NCBI GenBank assembly: GCA_964106645.2
Contig: OZ067038.1
Length of the DNA stretch: 64,000 bases
DNA from: Podarcis pityusensis
Lineage: Eukaryota
Reading direction: 5' to 3' (one strand)
In this document: in pieces, positions 62,911 through 64,000 of the stretch
Layout of the letters: each line of letters starts with the position of its first letter
Position numbering within the stretch: the stretch's first letter is position 1
The notes under the pieces: generated by a model
Told to the model about the DNA's origin: nothing
The model's database searches: none
The model's input: the letters and a program-made list of their open reading frames with translations, nothing else
Program-made: the position numbers and the translations under genes

Positions 62911-64000
62911 GAAAAGCCGAAATCAAAGAAAAGCCCCCAAAGCACCAAAATGTCCCCCCCCAAAAAAGCTCAACAATTTTGACCCCAAAAGGGGGGAAAG
63001 CAACACTTCTTCCCCCGCCCCCCTCTCTCTCACCCCCTCCCCCAAGAACTTCCTTATAAAATCGGAATTTAATAGAATTTTACTTTCAGGTAGAAAACAG
63101 AAAAACATCTGTTGGGATTTGAGAAATAGCCTGAAACTTCCAGCCAGTTGGGCTTTGATTCATTTTTAGGCAGGTTTCCCTTTCCATCCCTGTGCAAAAG
63201 ACATGGGAAACTACCAAAATGGAAGTAGTTGGCGCAGCAGCTTTGAAACATCTGTGGAAAAGGGCAGTAAAAACAGGCTGCAGTTTCAGTCTTTGATCAA
63301 ACAAAATGACTAAACATTACAGATTAAACTTTGTGGCTGCCACGGTAGAAACTGACTTTTTCACAGATCTAGAGGAGTCTAGGGGAAATGCAACTGTTAA
63401 TTCAGATTGAGCCAGCTGTAGCATCTGTGAAAGCAAGAAATAAGCTGCACATCCTATCCTAGACACAGAAGCAAGCTCTGTGACCAACTTCTGTCCTCCT
63501 ACCCCCAATCACTAAAAAAATGGGAGAATCAAAGTCCATCTGTAGGGGAGTTTTTCAGGCCTCATTAATCCATCTTCTCAGGTACCAGAGAGGTGATAGG
63601 AGACACAGCAGAGCCTTCACTGTCTATCCTTAGTAAGGTATCTTTCAGAAACATGCAAGTGTAATTAGGTAGCATCTGGGTAACGAGCCATGCTGGCCTG
63701 CCTTGGTCCAGTGATCTACTGAGGAGCATTGATTCAGTGCAAGGAAGAAACATCATGGGAGGGAGAGACAGCAGGGAGGAGATTGCGCCTCATACTTTAT
63801 TTTAATTGATGTTTCAATCCTGTTTACTTCACTTGCAACTTACTAACTTACTCCCTGCCTCCACTTTCAACTTCCATCTTTGTTGCTTCTTCAATCCCTA
63901 TTTTCTCCTCCATTTTAGGAATTTGGTCATATCACATTTCTATTTTGTGCCATACCTTTCACCTACCAATGCTGATGCAATCAATGGCACCAAAATTAAC

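Overview
This is vertebrate genomic DNA from a squamate reptile. The Sauria-type SINEs, CR1/L2 LINE ends, Penelope relic and hAT/Tigger MITEs suggest a lacertid lizard (inferred from repeat content). The only host coding exon I can support is a 95-nt minus-strand exon at 54044-54138 encoding (G)[31 protein letters not shown], which is exon 2 of the neuronal kinase BRSK2. The rest is intronic: 54139-64000 is the 3' part of intron 1, and 1-54043 belongs to an intron 2 of more than 54 kb (exon 3 was not found). Almost all ORFs in the supplied track are spurious. The most unusual structure is a pair of ~98.5% identical ~760-bp solo LTRs (24381-25136, 25377-26138) only 240 bp apart. Each has its own perfect 5-bp target-site duplication and a ~210-codon acidic/Ser-rich then Arg-rich ORF whose differences between copies are mostly synonymous, a candidate LTR-encoded accessory protein. 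Other items of note are older LTR-like relics in the same orientation, a Penelope insertion with a decayed hammerhead ribozyme, a possible Harbinger transposase fossil, candidate RE1/CTCF/enhancer motifs, candidate cryptic exons and several nested insertions. All calls were made by eye; no database searches were run.
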